Positions 21,039 to 30,277 of a stretch of DNA of 64,000 nt are shown here, one piece after another (positions within the stretch are counted from its first letter, which is position 1; each line of letters starts with the position of its first letter). Location: positions 32,001 to 96,000 of the forward strand of contig CAWDVE010000017.1 in NCBI GenBank assembly GCA_963805625.1. The letters run 5' to 3'. The DNA comes from an uncultured Candidatus Rokubacteria bacterium (GTDB taxonomy: Bacteria > Methylomirabilota > Methylomirabilia > Rokubacteriales > DASRDR01). Below the pieces are notes generated by a model. It searched no databases, was not told where the DNA came from, and worked only from the letters and a program-made list of their open reading frames with translations. A program made the position numbers and the translations under genes.

Positions 21039-21278
21039 CCGCTCACCTCTCCACGGGTACCATGAGGGCACGGCGCGTGACTCCCGGCGCCTGAGGTTGT
21101 CCTTCGCCAACACTCCGTCCAGCGGAGAGACGGTTGATGCCTCGGCCCTGATCCGGAGACACTCGTCGTCCCATGACCGGCTCCACCTCGTTCGCCGCAG
21201 AGGAACGGGCAGAGTCGGAGCAGCTGTCACGCCGCCCCCGGCGGTGTTGAGCCGCACCGCGCGGGGGCGTCTTTGTGA

Positions 21279-21512
21279 CTACTTCAGCAACTCCGGATCG
21301 AGGCTGATCAGGTCGTTATGGGCCATCCCGACGGCCAGCTCGCCGCCCGTCTCCAGGAGCTCGTCGTGTGGGATGGCCCGGGCCGTTCGCTGCCCTTCGA
21401 CCTCCAGCGTGCGGGCCAGCCAGTCGGCTAGCCTCAGATTTGGCCCCGCGGCGACGGTATACCACCGCTGCCCATCGAGCTCCGCCGACGCCACCTGTAC
21501 GTAGACAATCAT
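21279..21512 (-). CDS. Hypothetical protein (77 aa), copy A
   Basis: GAGG RBS; conserved in the second copy. Confidence 0.7.
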   Translation of the reverse strand: MIVYVQVASAELDGQRWYTVAAGPNLRLADWLARTLEVEGQRTARAIPHDELLETGGELAVGMAHNDLISLDPELLK

Positions 21513-21534
21513 CCTCGCTGCCCCTGTCGCATCT

Positions 21535-21948
21535 CTAGGACGCGGCCTCGGCGAGAATCTTGACCTCGATCATCTGGCGCCCCAGCTCCTGGGCCACGAG
21601 GTACGCGGCGTAGTCGTCGTACATCACGAGCGCCCCGCTCTCATCGCGGTAGACGTGCCACACCAGGGCGCCCGCCAAGGCGCGCTGGACGATAGCCGCG
21701 TGGAGCGAGGGCTCCTCGCGGAGCGAGGCGCGGACGCGATGGAGGGTCTGCGGGTGATGCACTCGGAGCGACGCGAGCGGGACGGTGGCCCCGACGACAG
21801 ACACGGTCCCCTGAATCAGACCGACCTCGAGCGCCACCAGACGGTCATCGCGGGGCGAGTTGAGAGGGGCCGGCGCCTCACGGTGCTTGACGGCAATCCT
21901 TCGCGCCGTCCGATGCTGCGGCTTCTCAGGCCGACGCTTCCGACGCAT
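21535..21948 (-). CDS. Hypothetical protein (137 aa), possibly ParB/Srx-like, copy A
   Basis: AGGAGG RBS; about 85% identical to 27915..28328. Confidence 0.7.
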   Translation of the reverse strand: MRRKRRPEKPQHRTARRIAVKHREAPAPLNSPRDDRLVALEVGLIQGTVSVVGATVPLASLRVHHPQTLHRVRASLREEPSLHAAIVQRALAGALVWHVYRDESGALVMYDDYAAYLVAQELGRQMIEVKILAEAAS

Positions 21949-22008
21949 GAGGTCCCTCCTTTCCCATGACGGTCACTCCAACAGCGCCGTCCCCGGCACG
22001 CCGAGGGA

Positions 22009-22215
22009 TCATCTGACCAGGTCCTCGACCTTGATCCGAAGCGCCTTCGCGAGGCTGTGCAAGGTGCTCAACGGCGGGTCGTAACGGCCGGCCTCGATCT
22101 TGTTCACGTACTCGCGGCTGAAGCCGGCGCGATCCGCCGGAGCGGCCTGACTGAGCGTCCTCGCCTGCCGGAGCTTTCTGAGTGTCACGCCCACTTGCCT
22201 TGGTGTCGGCGTCAT
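22009..22215 (-). CDS. XRE-family HTH regulator
   Basis: LRKLRQARTLSQ...AGFSREYVNKIEAGRYDPPLSTLHSLAKAL. Confidence 0.88.
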   Translation of the reverse strand: MTPTPRQVGVTLRKLRQARTLSQAAPADRAGFSREYVNKIEAGRYDPPLSTLHSLAKALRIKVEDLVR

Positions 22216-22275
22216 TCGATGTGAACCCTCAGTTTCACTGTCAAGAATCGCTGCCAGCACGAAACCAGGCGTCGG

Positions 22276-22824
22276 TCACGCCTCCACCGCCGAGTTCGCA
22301 TACTCGATCCAGCGGTCGATCCGGCGCAGCCACCGGTGGAGATGGGGCGGGCTGGTCCGGAAGGTGACCCGGGCGCCCTCGAGCCCCAGGCGGCCGAGCT
22401 CCGGCGTATACCGCTCGGGCGTCAGCGCGGGCGGCGGCCGGAGAAAGGCGGCGCGCCACGCCGGCGAGGGGACCGCACTGAGCGCGACCTCGTAGAGCGC
22501 TTGGGACGGCGTGGCCAGGGCGATCGGGTGGGGTGGACGCCGAACCCGGCGGATGGCCAGGGGCCGTTCAGCGCGGCCTCGCCGGCCCGGGCTCACGGAA
22601 GCGCGTCCTGGCGCCGCACCATGTGGAAGCCCAGCACGTCCTACGCGTTCGGCCGCGGCCATCGCCGATGCCGCCGGCGCCGGTCGACCGCAGCCGACCG
22701 GCCGGGCGTCCGTCGCTCGCGCAGCCGCCGGTCCCAGCTCACCGTGACGCCCTCCCATGGCCTCGCCGTCAGCCATCCATCGAGGGCGCTGCACGACGAC
22801 CAGGTGCACTCCGTCGTCCCCCAA
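22276..22824 (-). CDS. Hypothetical protein (start uncertain; C-terminal 90 aa protein-like)
   Basis: ALYEVALSAVPSPAWRAAF...RIDRWIEYAN. Confidence 0.4.
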   Translation of the reverse strand: MGDDGVHLVVVQRPRWMADGEAMGGRHGELGPAAARATDARPVGCGRPAPAASAMAAAERVGRAGLPHGAAPGRASVSPGRRGRAERPLAIRRVRRPPHPIALATPSQALYEVALSAVPSPAWRAAFLRPPPALTPERYTPELGRLGLEGARVTFRTSPPHLHRWLRRIDRWIEYANSAVEA

Positions 22825-23089
22825 CTCTCCCGGCTGTGGCCCCGCCCGACCCTACCAAGAGCTCGCTTCCGGCGCCAGACGGGGCCGCGACGGCAAGCCG
22901 GGAAGCGCGATACCGTGGACGCTCTCGGGACACGCTCGGATCGGCCGTGGCGGCAGCTTCCCAATGCCGGCTGCGCGCGGCTGACCCTCCCGAAGAGTCA
23001 GTTGCTGACCCCGCGGATCTGCCCGCACTCGGTTGCCGAAGGACTCCCCGCCGTGGCCCCGTCACCGCCGCGGCCATGGCTCTTTGCCC

Positions 23090-23130
23090 TTGACCAATGT
23101 TGTACTAGTGTACTATGATAGTCATACAGT
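23090..23130 (+). promoter_or_regulatory. Sigma-70 promoter with 24-bp operator (copy 4)
   Basis: TTGACC-18bp-TATGAT; AGTGTA-CTATGATAGTCA-TACAGT at 23107-23130. Confidence 0.85.
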
Positions 23131-23143
23131 ACGGAGGATCCTG

Positions 23144-23340
23144 ATGCGCCTGCCCGTCGATGCCCACGGCCCGATCCCGGCCCGCTCGCAGCTCACGGAT
23201 CAGCTGAAGCACGTCATCGAGGGCGGCGGCGTCCTGCGGGACAAGCCGGCTTAGCATCCGGGAGATGGCCGGTGGCCTCAGGCAGCAATCCGAATCCGGC
23301 GGCGCGCGCCATCGAGGATCTCAAGCGGAGCGGATACCGG
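23144..23340 (+). pseudogene. Decayed second copy of the GntR gene
   Basis: MRLPVDAHGPIP..QLTDQLKHVIEG, then frameshifts, then ARAIEDLKRSG; the C-terminal domain is deleted. Confidence 0.85.
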
Positions 23341-23476
23341 CCGCTCCACCCTTGCCCAGAGGCGCCTTGAGCCCTCGTCCATCCCGGGGGCGCCCACCGT
23401 CAAAGGGCGCCACGCGTTGAGACGGCGAAGGGGACGGGACGCGGGTGAGCCGTAATCCGGTGAAGGAGGACGAGTC

Positions 23477-23740
23477 ATGAACAATCTCGTCATGCTTGCG
23501 CTGTGGGTGCTTGTGGGGCTGTTGGCCGGCTGGCTGGCCAGGGTTGTCGTGAAACACGGAGGCTACGGGATGCGGGAGGACCTCTTCCTCGGTCTCGTCG
23601 GGAGCCTCGTGGGAGGCGGGATCGTCTGGACCCTGGGGGCCTCTCCGGAAGCGGGGATGGTGGCGGCGGCGGGTGTCGCGTTCGTCGGGGCGGCCATCGT
23701 GATCGTCCTGCAGCGCAAGATTTGGCCCGCGATCACCTAG
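23477..23740 (+). CDS. GlsB/YeaQ/YmgE membrane protein, second copy
   Basis: VGLLAGWLA..KHGGYG..DLFLGLVGS; AGGAGG RBS. Confidence 0.85.
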   Translation: MNNLVMLALWVLVGLLAGWLARVVVKHGGYGMREDLFLGLVGSLVGGGIVWTLGASPEAGMVAAAGVAFVGAAIVIVLQRKIWPAIT

Positions 23741-23771
23741 GTACTTAACCTACGACAAGGGAGGACGCACC

Positions 23772-24215
23772 ATGAACGTCAGAGAGCTTGACGACCTGCA
23801 AAGCCGCCTCGCGACCTTCGCGCAATTCTTCGGGCGCGCCCCGGTGCGGGCACCCAACGGTAAGGAAGAAGCGCTGACCGTCGCGGAGTGGGCCCCTCTA
23901 GTGGACATCGTCGAAGACGACAAGCAGTACCTCATCAAGGCCGAACTGCCCCAGGTCACGAAGGCCGACGTCAAAGTCACGGTCCAAGATGATGTGCTCA
24001 CGATCACCGGGGAGCGGACCTTCGAGAAGGAAGCGAATGGCAAGAAGTATCACCGCGTGGAGCGGGCGTACGGCCGCTTTGGCCGGAGCTTCACGATGCC
24101 GGAAGACGCGGATGGCAACGGGGTGGTGGCCGAGTACAAAGACGGCGTGCTCGAGGTCCACCTCCCGAAGTCGGAGAAGGCCAAGCCCAAGACCATTGAG
24201 GTGAAGATCGGATAG
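23772..24215 (+). CDS. Small heat-shock protein Hsp20
   Basis: WAPLVDIVE, LTITGER, ERAYGRFGRSFTMP and YKDGVLEVHLPK; C-terminal IEV motif. Confidence 0.95.
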   Translation: MNVRELDDLQSRLATFAQFFGRAPVRAPNGKEEALTVAEWAPLVDIVEDDKQYLIKAELPQVTKADVKVTVQDDVLTITGERTFEKEANGKKYHRVERAYGRFGRSFTMPEDADGNGVVAEYKDGVLEVHLPKSEKAKPKTIEVKIG

Positions 24216-24401
24216 TGATCACGGAGGGTGTGCGGGGCGAGCGCTTGGTGCTAGCCCCGATTCGGGCATGATGGATCGGTCTTGGTTCGGGAGCCTCTTC
24301 CCGGGCCAAACCGGTCCAGTGGTCTCGGTGACCGATCCGTGGTATCGACGGACCAGGGACGAGCGTTGCTCGTGCCGCCCACCCTTCACGCTGGAGGCCA
24401 C

Positions 24402-24836
24402 ATGCTCACGCCAGGAGACAAGGCGCCCGACTTCGTGGGCCGCGATCACAACGGCAAGACCGTGCGGCTGTCGGACTTCACCGGGAAGCCCGTCGTCCTG
24501 TGGTTCTTTCCGAAGGCCGACACACCGGGGTGAATGGCGGAGGGTTGCGGGTTCCGCGACCTTAAGTCGGAGTACGACAAGAAGGGAGCCGTCGTCCTCG
24601 GCGTCTCCTTCGATACCCCCGCCGAGAACAAGGCGTTCGCCGACAAGTACCGCTTCAACTTCTCGCTGATTTGCGACACCGATCGGAAGATTGGCACGGC
24701 CTACGGCGCCAACGCCGATCCCGACAAGGGCGCGCAGCGCGTCGGTGTGGTGATCGCCAGGGACGGCACGATCAAAGAGTGGCACGCGAAGGTGGATGCC
24801 CGGAGCTGGCCGGCGCAGGTCGTGCAGACGTTGTAG
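24402..24836 (+). CDS. bcp: BCP/PrxQ peroxiredoxin, predicted selenoprotein (UGA codon 44)
   Basis: FFPKADTPG-TGA(24531)-MAEGCGFRD is in frame, with the UGA at the peroxidatic Cys position of PxxxTxxC. Confidence 0.85.
24541..24563 (+). promoter_or_regulatory. Candidate bacterial SECIS hairpin
   Basis: AGGGTTGCGG-GTT-CCGCGACCTT stem-loop starting 8 nt after the UGA, with G in the loop. Confidence 0.65.
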
Positions 24837-25017
24837 GTGGGAGCGCCCGGGACCCCCAAAGGGGCCGGTCGCCGGGATGCCCGGGCGGCCCGGAGGGGAG
24901 CCCGGAGATGGAAGGCCAGGCGGCGGATCACGTCGAGGCAGCGTGTTCTGTCTCGTCTCTACTCCTGTTAGTAGCCGAGTGCTGACGATTCGAGTTGAGT
25001 TGCTACAGTGAGGATGT

Positions 25018-25330
25018 ATGAAACGACCGAAACATCAATTCGATCGATGGACTCGCCGTTCTAACCCGAGAGGAATTCTTGGCAGTTGGTGAAAGGTTTG
25101 AGGGACTGGAGCGGAAGGTTGATGACGGAGTGAAGGCCTTGGTCGACATTCTGGATCTCATGCGTGCCGATCTTCGAGATGTCAAGATTGCACTCGGTCC
25201 TTTTGTCCGAACGGTGGCGTCTCTTGAGGACAGCGTACGAGGCCTAGACCGGCGGGTGGTTCGCCTTGAGGAGAAGAAGAGCGAGAGGATAGGATTGGCG
25301 ATTATTATAAGATGCAGCGCGATGGCATGA
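25018..25330 (+). pseudogene. Short coiled-coil hypothetical protein, probably frameshifted
   Basis: Lower GC; heptad pattern; the ATG at 25018 is out of frame with the body. Confidence 0.35.
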
Positions 25331-25353
25331 GGCGATGTGTGCACGGTGAATAC

Positions 25354-25383
25354 AAAGAGAGCCCTTGTTTAGGGGCTCTCTTT
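25354..25383. terminator. Bidirectional intrinsic terminator-like hairpin
   Basis: AAAGAGAGCCC-ttgtttag-GGGCTCTCTTT. Confidence 0.65.
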
Positions 25384-25384
25384 A

Positions 25385-26762
25385 CGCTCTTCACCGGAAT
25401 GTGTAGACGAGCCGGTGTTCATGCGGCCTTGCGACGACGGGTGACGGTGGCGCGCTGGACCTTGAGCAGCAGGTACTCGTGATCCCGGTAGCCCCGGCCC
25501 CGCCGCAGCATGGCGCGGAGGTTGCCGTTGATCGCCTCGACGATGCCGAAGGGAACCTTCTCGTGGCAGTAGTTCAGGAGGCCCTCGAGGTGGCGGGTGA
25601 GCAGGCGGCCGAGCTTCTGGAACGCCGGCAGCCGCTGCCACCGCAGGGCGCGGAGCCAAGTGCTCAGGAAACGGCGGGCGGCGCCCTCGTAGGTGTACGT
25701 CCAGAGCTGCGCGAGTTGCTCCTTGAGCAGATAGGCCTTGGCCAAGCGACGGTTGAGGGCGAAGAGCTCGCGGAGACTCTGGCGGTCGTCGCGGTCGAGG
25801 TGCGTCCAGCTTCGCAAGAGGAGCCAGCGCTTGCCGCGCACCAGCCCCCGCGCCGCCCGACCCTGCCGGAAGAACTCGGCCCGCCGGGTCTCGTCTACGG
25901 CCTCGCTGGCGTGACGGAGGACGTGAAACTTGTCGTAGACCAGTCGGGCGTGGGGCAGGTGCGTCTGGAGGCTTCGCCGGAAGGGCTCCCACATGTCCAC
26001 GCACACGGCCCGGATGGCCCGGCGGCGGCGGAGCGGCAGGGCCTCGGCGAAGAACCGGTCCAGCGTCTCGCGCTTGCGCTCCCGGCCCACCCAGATCGGC
26101 TCCCCCGACTCCAGGTCACTGACCACGGTGAGGAACTGGACGTCCCGGCCCACAAAGAACTCGTCCACCCCCAGGTAGTGCAGCGGGGTCCGGGGTCGGC
26201 CAGCGGCCCACCGCCGCAGCACGCGCTTGTCCAGCCGACGGACCGTCTCCGGCGGCAGCCCCCAGCGGGCCGCCACGCGGCTCACGGGAGCCTGCTCACA
26301 CTCCTGCGCCACCGCCGCCTCAACCCGGGCCGTGTAGCGCGCCTTGCCAGCCAGCCACGGGATCCGCTCGGTTCGCACCCCACAGCGGCGACAGCGAACG
26401 CGGTGGACGTCGACCACCAGCCACACCTGCCACGTCCCCCACGGCAGGTCCCGCACTCGCCGCTCCCGCCAGCTGTGGACGTCCCGACGCGGGACCCCGC
26501 AGCCCCCGCAGCGGTAGGCCGGCGCGCCCCCAGGCTGCCGCACCCAGAGCGTCAACCTCCCGACCTCGTCGTCGGCCTCCCAGGTGGTCACCTCGTACCC
26601 CGGCAGGCGCAGGATGCGTGCTACGATCTCTTCGGGCATCGGCTCCCTCCCGTCCGTGATGGCCAGTCACGTCAGGAGGTGTACCACTTCCCGAGCCGAT
26701 GCCCTGTCTCATCTCAGCCCCCGCATTCAGTCAGGGGTCCGTACACATTCCGGTGAAGAGCG
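25385..26762 (-). mobile_element. ISL3-family insertion sequence
   Basis: 21-bp perfect IR CGCTCTTCACCGGAATGTGTA at both ends; no clear target duplication. Confidence 0.88.
25419..26639 (-). CDS. ISL3-family transposase
   Basis: CxxC..CxxC zinc finger, LGVDE, VCVDMW, YDKFHV and EAINGN. Confidence 0.93.
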   Translation of the reverse strand: MPEEIVARILRLPGYEVTTWEADDEVGRLTLWVRQPGGAPAYRCGGCGVPRRDVHSWRERRVRDLPWGTWQVWLVVDVHRVRCRRCGVRTERIPWLAGKARYTARVEAAVAQECEQAPVSRVAARWGLPPETVRRLDKRVLRRWAAGRPRTPLHYLGVDEFFVGRDVQFLTVVSDLESGEPIWVGRERKRETLDRFFAEALPLRRRRAIRAVCVDMWEPFRRSLQTHLPHARLVYDKFHVLRHASEAVDETRRAEFFRQGRAARGLVRGKRWLLLRSWTHLDRDDRQSLRELFALNRRLAKAYLLKEQLAQLWTYTYEGAARRFLSTWLRALRWQRLPAFQKLGRLLTRHLEGLLNYCHEKVPFGIVEAINGNLRAMLRRGRGYRDHEYLLLKVQRATVTRRRKAA

Positions 26763-26820
26763 CTTTTTCTGTTGACTAACGTTCCTGGAGAAAGTGGTTC
26801 AAGGACAAGGGGTATGAGGT

Positions 26821-27129
26821 ATGGCAATCCGGATCGGCGAACGTGTAGAGCTTGTGGTCGAGGGCGCCTGGTTCGAAAAGTTTTCATGGAGCCGACAACT
26901 CTTGGATCCGGAATTGGGCCAGGAACGTGGAGCGCCCGCTTTCGCCATCGCATGCACCGTGGTGAACTTGGGCCATCAGGCGGGCCTAGTGGCGAGAGCC
27001 CATAGTAGCTGGGACGGCGAGGGCAGAAAGCACGAGGGGTTCGAGATTCTCGTCCCGTGGTCGTATGTGGTCGCGATTCTGGAAGTCGGTGCGGAGGGCG
27101 GAGGCGCCGGGCGGATCGGGTTCCTCTAG
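26821..27129 (+). CDS. Hypothetical protein (beta-rich, C-terminal RIGFL)
   Basis: GAGGT RBS; protein-like composition. Confidence 0.55.
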   Translation: MAIRIGERVELVVEGAWFEKFSWSRQLLDPELGQERGAPAFAIACTVVNLGHQAGLVARAHSSWDGEGRKHEGFEILVPWSYVVAILEVGAEGGGAGRIGFL

Positions 27130-27360
27130 AATGTGAAGGTTCTTGGAAGCAAGTGCTCCAGAAGGACCGGGAAAGTAGCAATGCTTAACCAGCTCACCTT
27201 CGCGAACTCGCTCGCTGAGCTTACCGCGGCGCTCTACGTTCTGTTTGCCATGATCGGCGTTGTGTCGCCAGCCGCATTTTGGCTTTTTCCTCAACGCCCA
27301 ATTCTTCGGTGCTAACGTTGCCTCGCTGAAGCGGGAACGGGCGACCTGAAGGGAGGGGAT

Positions 27361-27435
27361 ATGCCGACCTATCGGACGCGAGGACGTGCAGCGGCTGGTG
27401 ACGGAGGGTGCGCAACTCGTCGAGGTGCTGCCCAG
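27361..27435 (+). pseudogene. Rhodanese-like N-terminal fragment
   Basis: GGAGG RBS; (I)GREDVQRLVTEGAQLVEVLP, then cut by the IS remnant. Confidence 0.45.
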
Positions 27436-27622
27436 GTGCCAGGTTCTCGAGAGCGATGGCCGCCGACCCCAAGAGCCAGGCACGCGGGAAGGTCCAGAGA
27501 GCGATCGCGAGGAGCATTCATCACCCCCGCGACATGGTTCACCCCCGAGAGTCTACGTGTCCACGGAGTGTCGGTGTATAAGGTGAGGCTGGGGCAAGCC
27601 AGACGGGTTATTGACCGGGACA
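27436..27622 (-). mobile_element. Left-end remnant of the rve-type IS family seen at 8726
   Basis: End TGTCCCGGTCAATAAC resembles 8726; MLLAIALWT..LLGSAAIALENLA matches the transposase N-terminus. Confidence 0.75.
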
Positions 27623-27657
27623 GGTGTTTACGCACCGCGGCGGGGGCGTTTTTGCGC

Positions 27658-27891
27658 CTACTTCAGCAACTCCGGGTCTAGGCTGATCAGGTCGTTATGG
27701 GCCATCCCGACGGCCAGCTCGCCGCCCGTCTCTAGAAGCTCGTTGTGTGGGATGGCCCGGGCCGTTCGCTGCCCTTCGACCTCCAGCGCGCGGGCCAGCC
27801 AGTCGGCCAGTCACAGATTGGGCCCCGCGGCGACCGTGTATCACCGCTGACCATCGAGTTCCGCCGACGCCACCTGGACGTAGACAATCAT
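27658..27891 (-). pseudogene. Copy B of the 77-aa gene with a premature stop
   Basis: TGG(Trp) to TGA at 27841-27843. Confidence 0.75.
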
Positions 27892-27914
27892 TCCTCGCTA
27901 CCCCTGTCGCATCT

Positions 27915-28328
27915 CTAGGACGCGGCCTCGCCGAGAATCTTGACCCCTACCATCTGGCACCCCAGCTCCAGAGCCACGAGGTAGGCGGCGTAGTCGTCGT
28001 ACATGACAAGCGCGCCGCTCTCGTCTCGGTAGACGTGCCACACCATGGCTCCCGCCAAGACGCGCAGGACGATGGCCGCGCGGCGCGAGGGCTCCTCGCG
28101 GAGCGATGCGCGGACACGATGGAGGGTCTGCGGGTGATGCACCCGGAGCGAGGCCAGCGGGACCGTGGCCCCAACGGCGGACACGGTTCCCTGAATCAGG
28201 CCGACCTCGAGCGCCACCAGACGCTCATCGCGGGGCGAGTTGAGATGGGCCGGCACCTCAAGGTTCTTGACAACAATCCTCCGCGGCGTCCAATGCTGAG
28301 GCGTCTGAGGCCGACGCTTCCGACGCAT
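27915..28328 (-). CDS. Hypothetical protein (137 aa), copy B
   Basis: Paralog of 21535..21948. Confidence 0.7.
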   Translation of the reverse strand: MRRKRRPQTPQHWTPRRIVVKNLEVPAHLNSPRDERLVALEVGLIQGTVSAVGATVPLASLRVHHPQTLHRVRASLREEPSRRAAIVLRVLAGAMVWHVYRDESGALVMYDDYAAYLVALELGCQMVGVKILGEAAS

Positions 28329-28713
28329 GCGATCCCTCCTTTCCCATAGCGGTCACTCCCGCCGCGCCGTCACTGGCCCGCTCGCGCGGGGCGTCTTCAC
28401 GGCGTCAGGACGACCGATCGGGCGGCCGGCGATTGGCGCGTCGCGCCTTCACCCGGGCCTCGTCGAGCCGACGTCCCGCGCCCTCGCTCGCGTGGCACAT
28501 CGCCGTGCTCCGGTCGCCTAGCGCCAGAGACCCGCTGCGCACCTACCGAGCTTCTGAGGGCGGCGAGCGCTTCCTGACTTCCGTCGGCCGCATGGTCCTG
28601 CGTACGGCCAGCGCCGTGCCAACCATCATGCGCTCGCTCGGGGGCAACCGTCCCGGAAAGCGCCATCGGCCCCCGAGACTCCACCGGCTGATGTTCAGTC
28701 GCGTGTCCCTCGG

Positions 28714-28855
28714 TGGGTACGCGAAAACTGGCCAATCGTGGACACCTGAAAACCGGCCAGTGAGGTAGCGGCGCCCCAGGACGTTGAGATGACCAACACT
28801 TGGGGCGATGACGAGCAGCGGCAAGTCCTGGCGTCGCGCCGGCTCGGCTGGCATG
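28714..28855 (+). mobile_element. IS21-family left-end remnant
   Basis: Repeated AAAACTGGCCA / AAAACCGGCCA boxes followed by MTNTWGDDEQRQVLASRRLGW, an IstA-like N-terminus. Confidence 0.55.
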
Positions 28856-28957
28856 ACCGCGGCGCCCCGTTGGGCGAGCGCCCCAGCGGCTCCAGGATCG
28901 ACGATCTCGGGTCGATCCATGCCCCGGGGTATCCTCCTAAGTCGGGCGCTTCGACCG

Positions 28958-29389
28958 CTACGACGGCTCGCTGCCGCCAGACTCCTTCATCCAGACGATC
29001 CTTCGGTAGTCGACCTTGCCCGGAAACAAGATGCTCGGCGCAGGCGCTGACTCAATGATCAGCCTATCGCATTCGATCCGGAATCTGCGTCTCTGCTCGG
29101 TGCCATTCCAAGCCTCGTTCCATGCGGCATCAACAGTTGTAACGAACTCGTCGCCTTCGACTCGGTATCTTCCGGTGTACGCGAGCATTGACTTGTGGAG
29201 GGCAGCGCGCTCCGTCTCACTGTCACCTGCAGTGCGATTCTGGGCAGTAGTGAGTGCCATGAGTCGCCCTTCCCGCGTAACGATCAAGTAGCCGTTCGGC
29301 TTTGACCCGAAGAGATCCTGGGGCTGCCCATCGACAACGACCTGCCACGAAATGAGCTTCCAGCTGCCGATAAGCGCATCACTACCCAT
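28958..29389 (-). CDS. Lipocalin-like domain protein
   Basis: LIGSWKLISW, FGSKPNGYL, MLAYTGRY and GTEQRRRF. Confidence 0.85.
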   Translation of the reverse strand: MGSDALIGSWKLISWQVVVDGQPQDLFGSKPNGYLIVTREGRLMALTTAQNRTAGDSETERAALHKSMLAYTGRYRVEGDEFVTTVDAAWNEAWNGTEQRRRFRIECDRLIIESAPAPSILFPGKVDYRRIVWMKESGGSEPS

Positions 29390-29468
29390 GACGTCCCTCC
29401 CGGGGCCAGGTCACTCGCGCGAACCCGTCACCTCCAGGGTGCGGAGGCACGCGACGAAGGCCACGGTG

Positions 29469-30116
29469 TCATACCCCTTGTCGGCCTCTTCTACGTGGTT
29501 GCGGTGGCTGACCAGCAGGGACTAGTTTAGCGGGCCGTCCCCTACGGCGCTTCTCTGAAAACCGCCGAACGCGATCGCGAAGGCTGCACTCCGCGCGATC
29601 GAAGCGTTGCCGTCGGAAGGCGAGGAAGAGCCGATGACATTCGGGGCACCGCTTGAGGCGAGCCAAATCCATTCTCGTCAGTAGGTCGCCGACTCGGGCT
29701 AGCGCGCTGGAGACGAAGCGGCGCTGAGGCGAGTCCTCCTCCGAACGGTAGAAGACGCGGAGCCGGCGACCGTCCGGGTCCACTACGAAGTCACAGGTTC
29801 CCCGGAATGGCACCGTGGCGACACGGCGCTGCGGGTCAACGGGGAAGGGGTCGCCCCGGCTCGCATCGATTCGCTCCAGGAATCGGCGTAGGCGACGCTG
29901 CAGCTCGCCGAGAAGGGCCTTGACCATCTCCAGCGGGGCTTTCTGAATCGCCTGTCCCCAAAACCTCCGGAGATACTCCGGCGACTCCTCGTCTGACGCC
30001 GCGATCAGCATCAAGGCGTCCTGCCATGCGTTCAAAAAATCGCCGTCGCGCCATTCCACGAGATCCACCTGCGTGAAGGCGATCGCCCGCGCTAGCCGCC
30101 TCCTCTCGGCGGACAT
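29469..30116 (-). CDS. CGNR-like zinc-finger protein
   Basis: RLKRCPECHRLFLA..RQRF...CS..DRVRRF with a basic tail; divergent from the xis/int cluster. Confidence 0.65.
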   Translation of the reverse strand: MSAERRRLARAIAFTQVDLVEWRDGDFLNAWQDALMLIAASDEESPEYLRRFWGQAIQKAPLEMVKALLGELQRRLRRFLERIDASRGDPFPVDPQRRVATVPFRGTCDFVVDPDGRRLRVFYRSEEDSPQRRFVSSALARVGDLLTRMDLARLKRCPECHRLFLAFRRQRFDRAECSLRDRVRRFSEKRRRGRPAKLVPAGQPPQPRRRGRQGV

Positions 30117-30212
30117 CCCCTTCCGGCGGGTCCCAGCGTTCCCGGGCACGTTCTGGTCATAGCCGCCCGTAGCCCGCTTGTCAACCGATGTGATCGCCGT
30201 ATGCGTCCTGAA

Positions 30213-30241
30213 TTGTCATGAACGTACATAAGAGGTATAAT
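30213..30241 (+). promoter_or_regulatory. Sigma-70 promoter
   Basis: TTGTCA-17bp-TATAAT upstream of 30278. Confidence 0.75.
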
Positions 30242-30277
30242 AGCATCACCAGATCAGAGGGGAGGAGGTGATGAGGG

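Larger units (their letters stand above)
21253..21991. repeat. About 740-bp direct repeat, copy A
   Basis: Collinear with 27631..28371. Confidence 0.9.
27631..28371. repeat. About 740-bp direct repeat, copy B
   Basis: Collinear with 21253..21991. Confidence 0.9.

Noticed and set aside
27841-27843. Recoded UGA in the 77-aa copy B
   Set aside because: The paralog has Trp, not Cys, and other genes use TGA as a normal stop; treated as a nonsense mutation.
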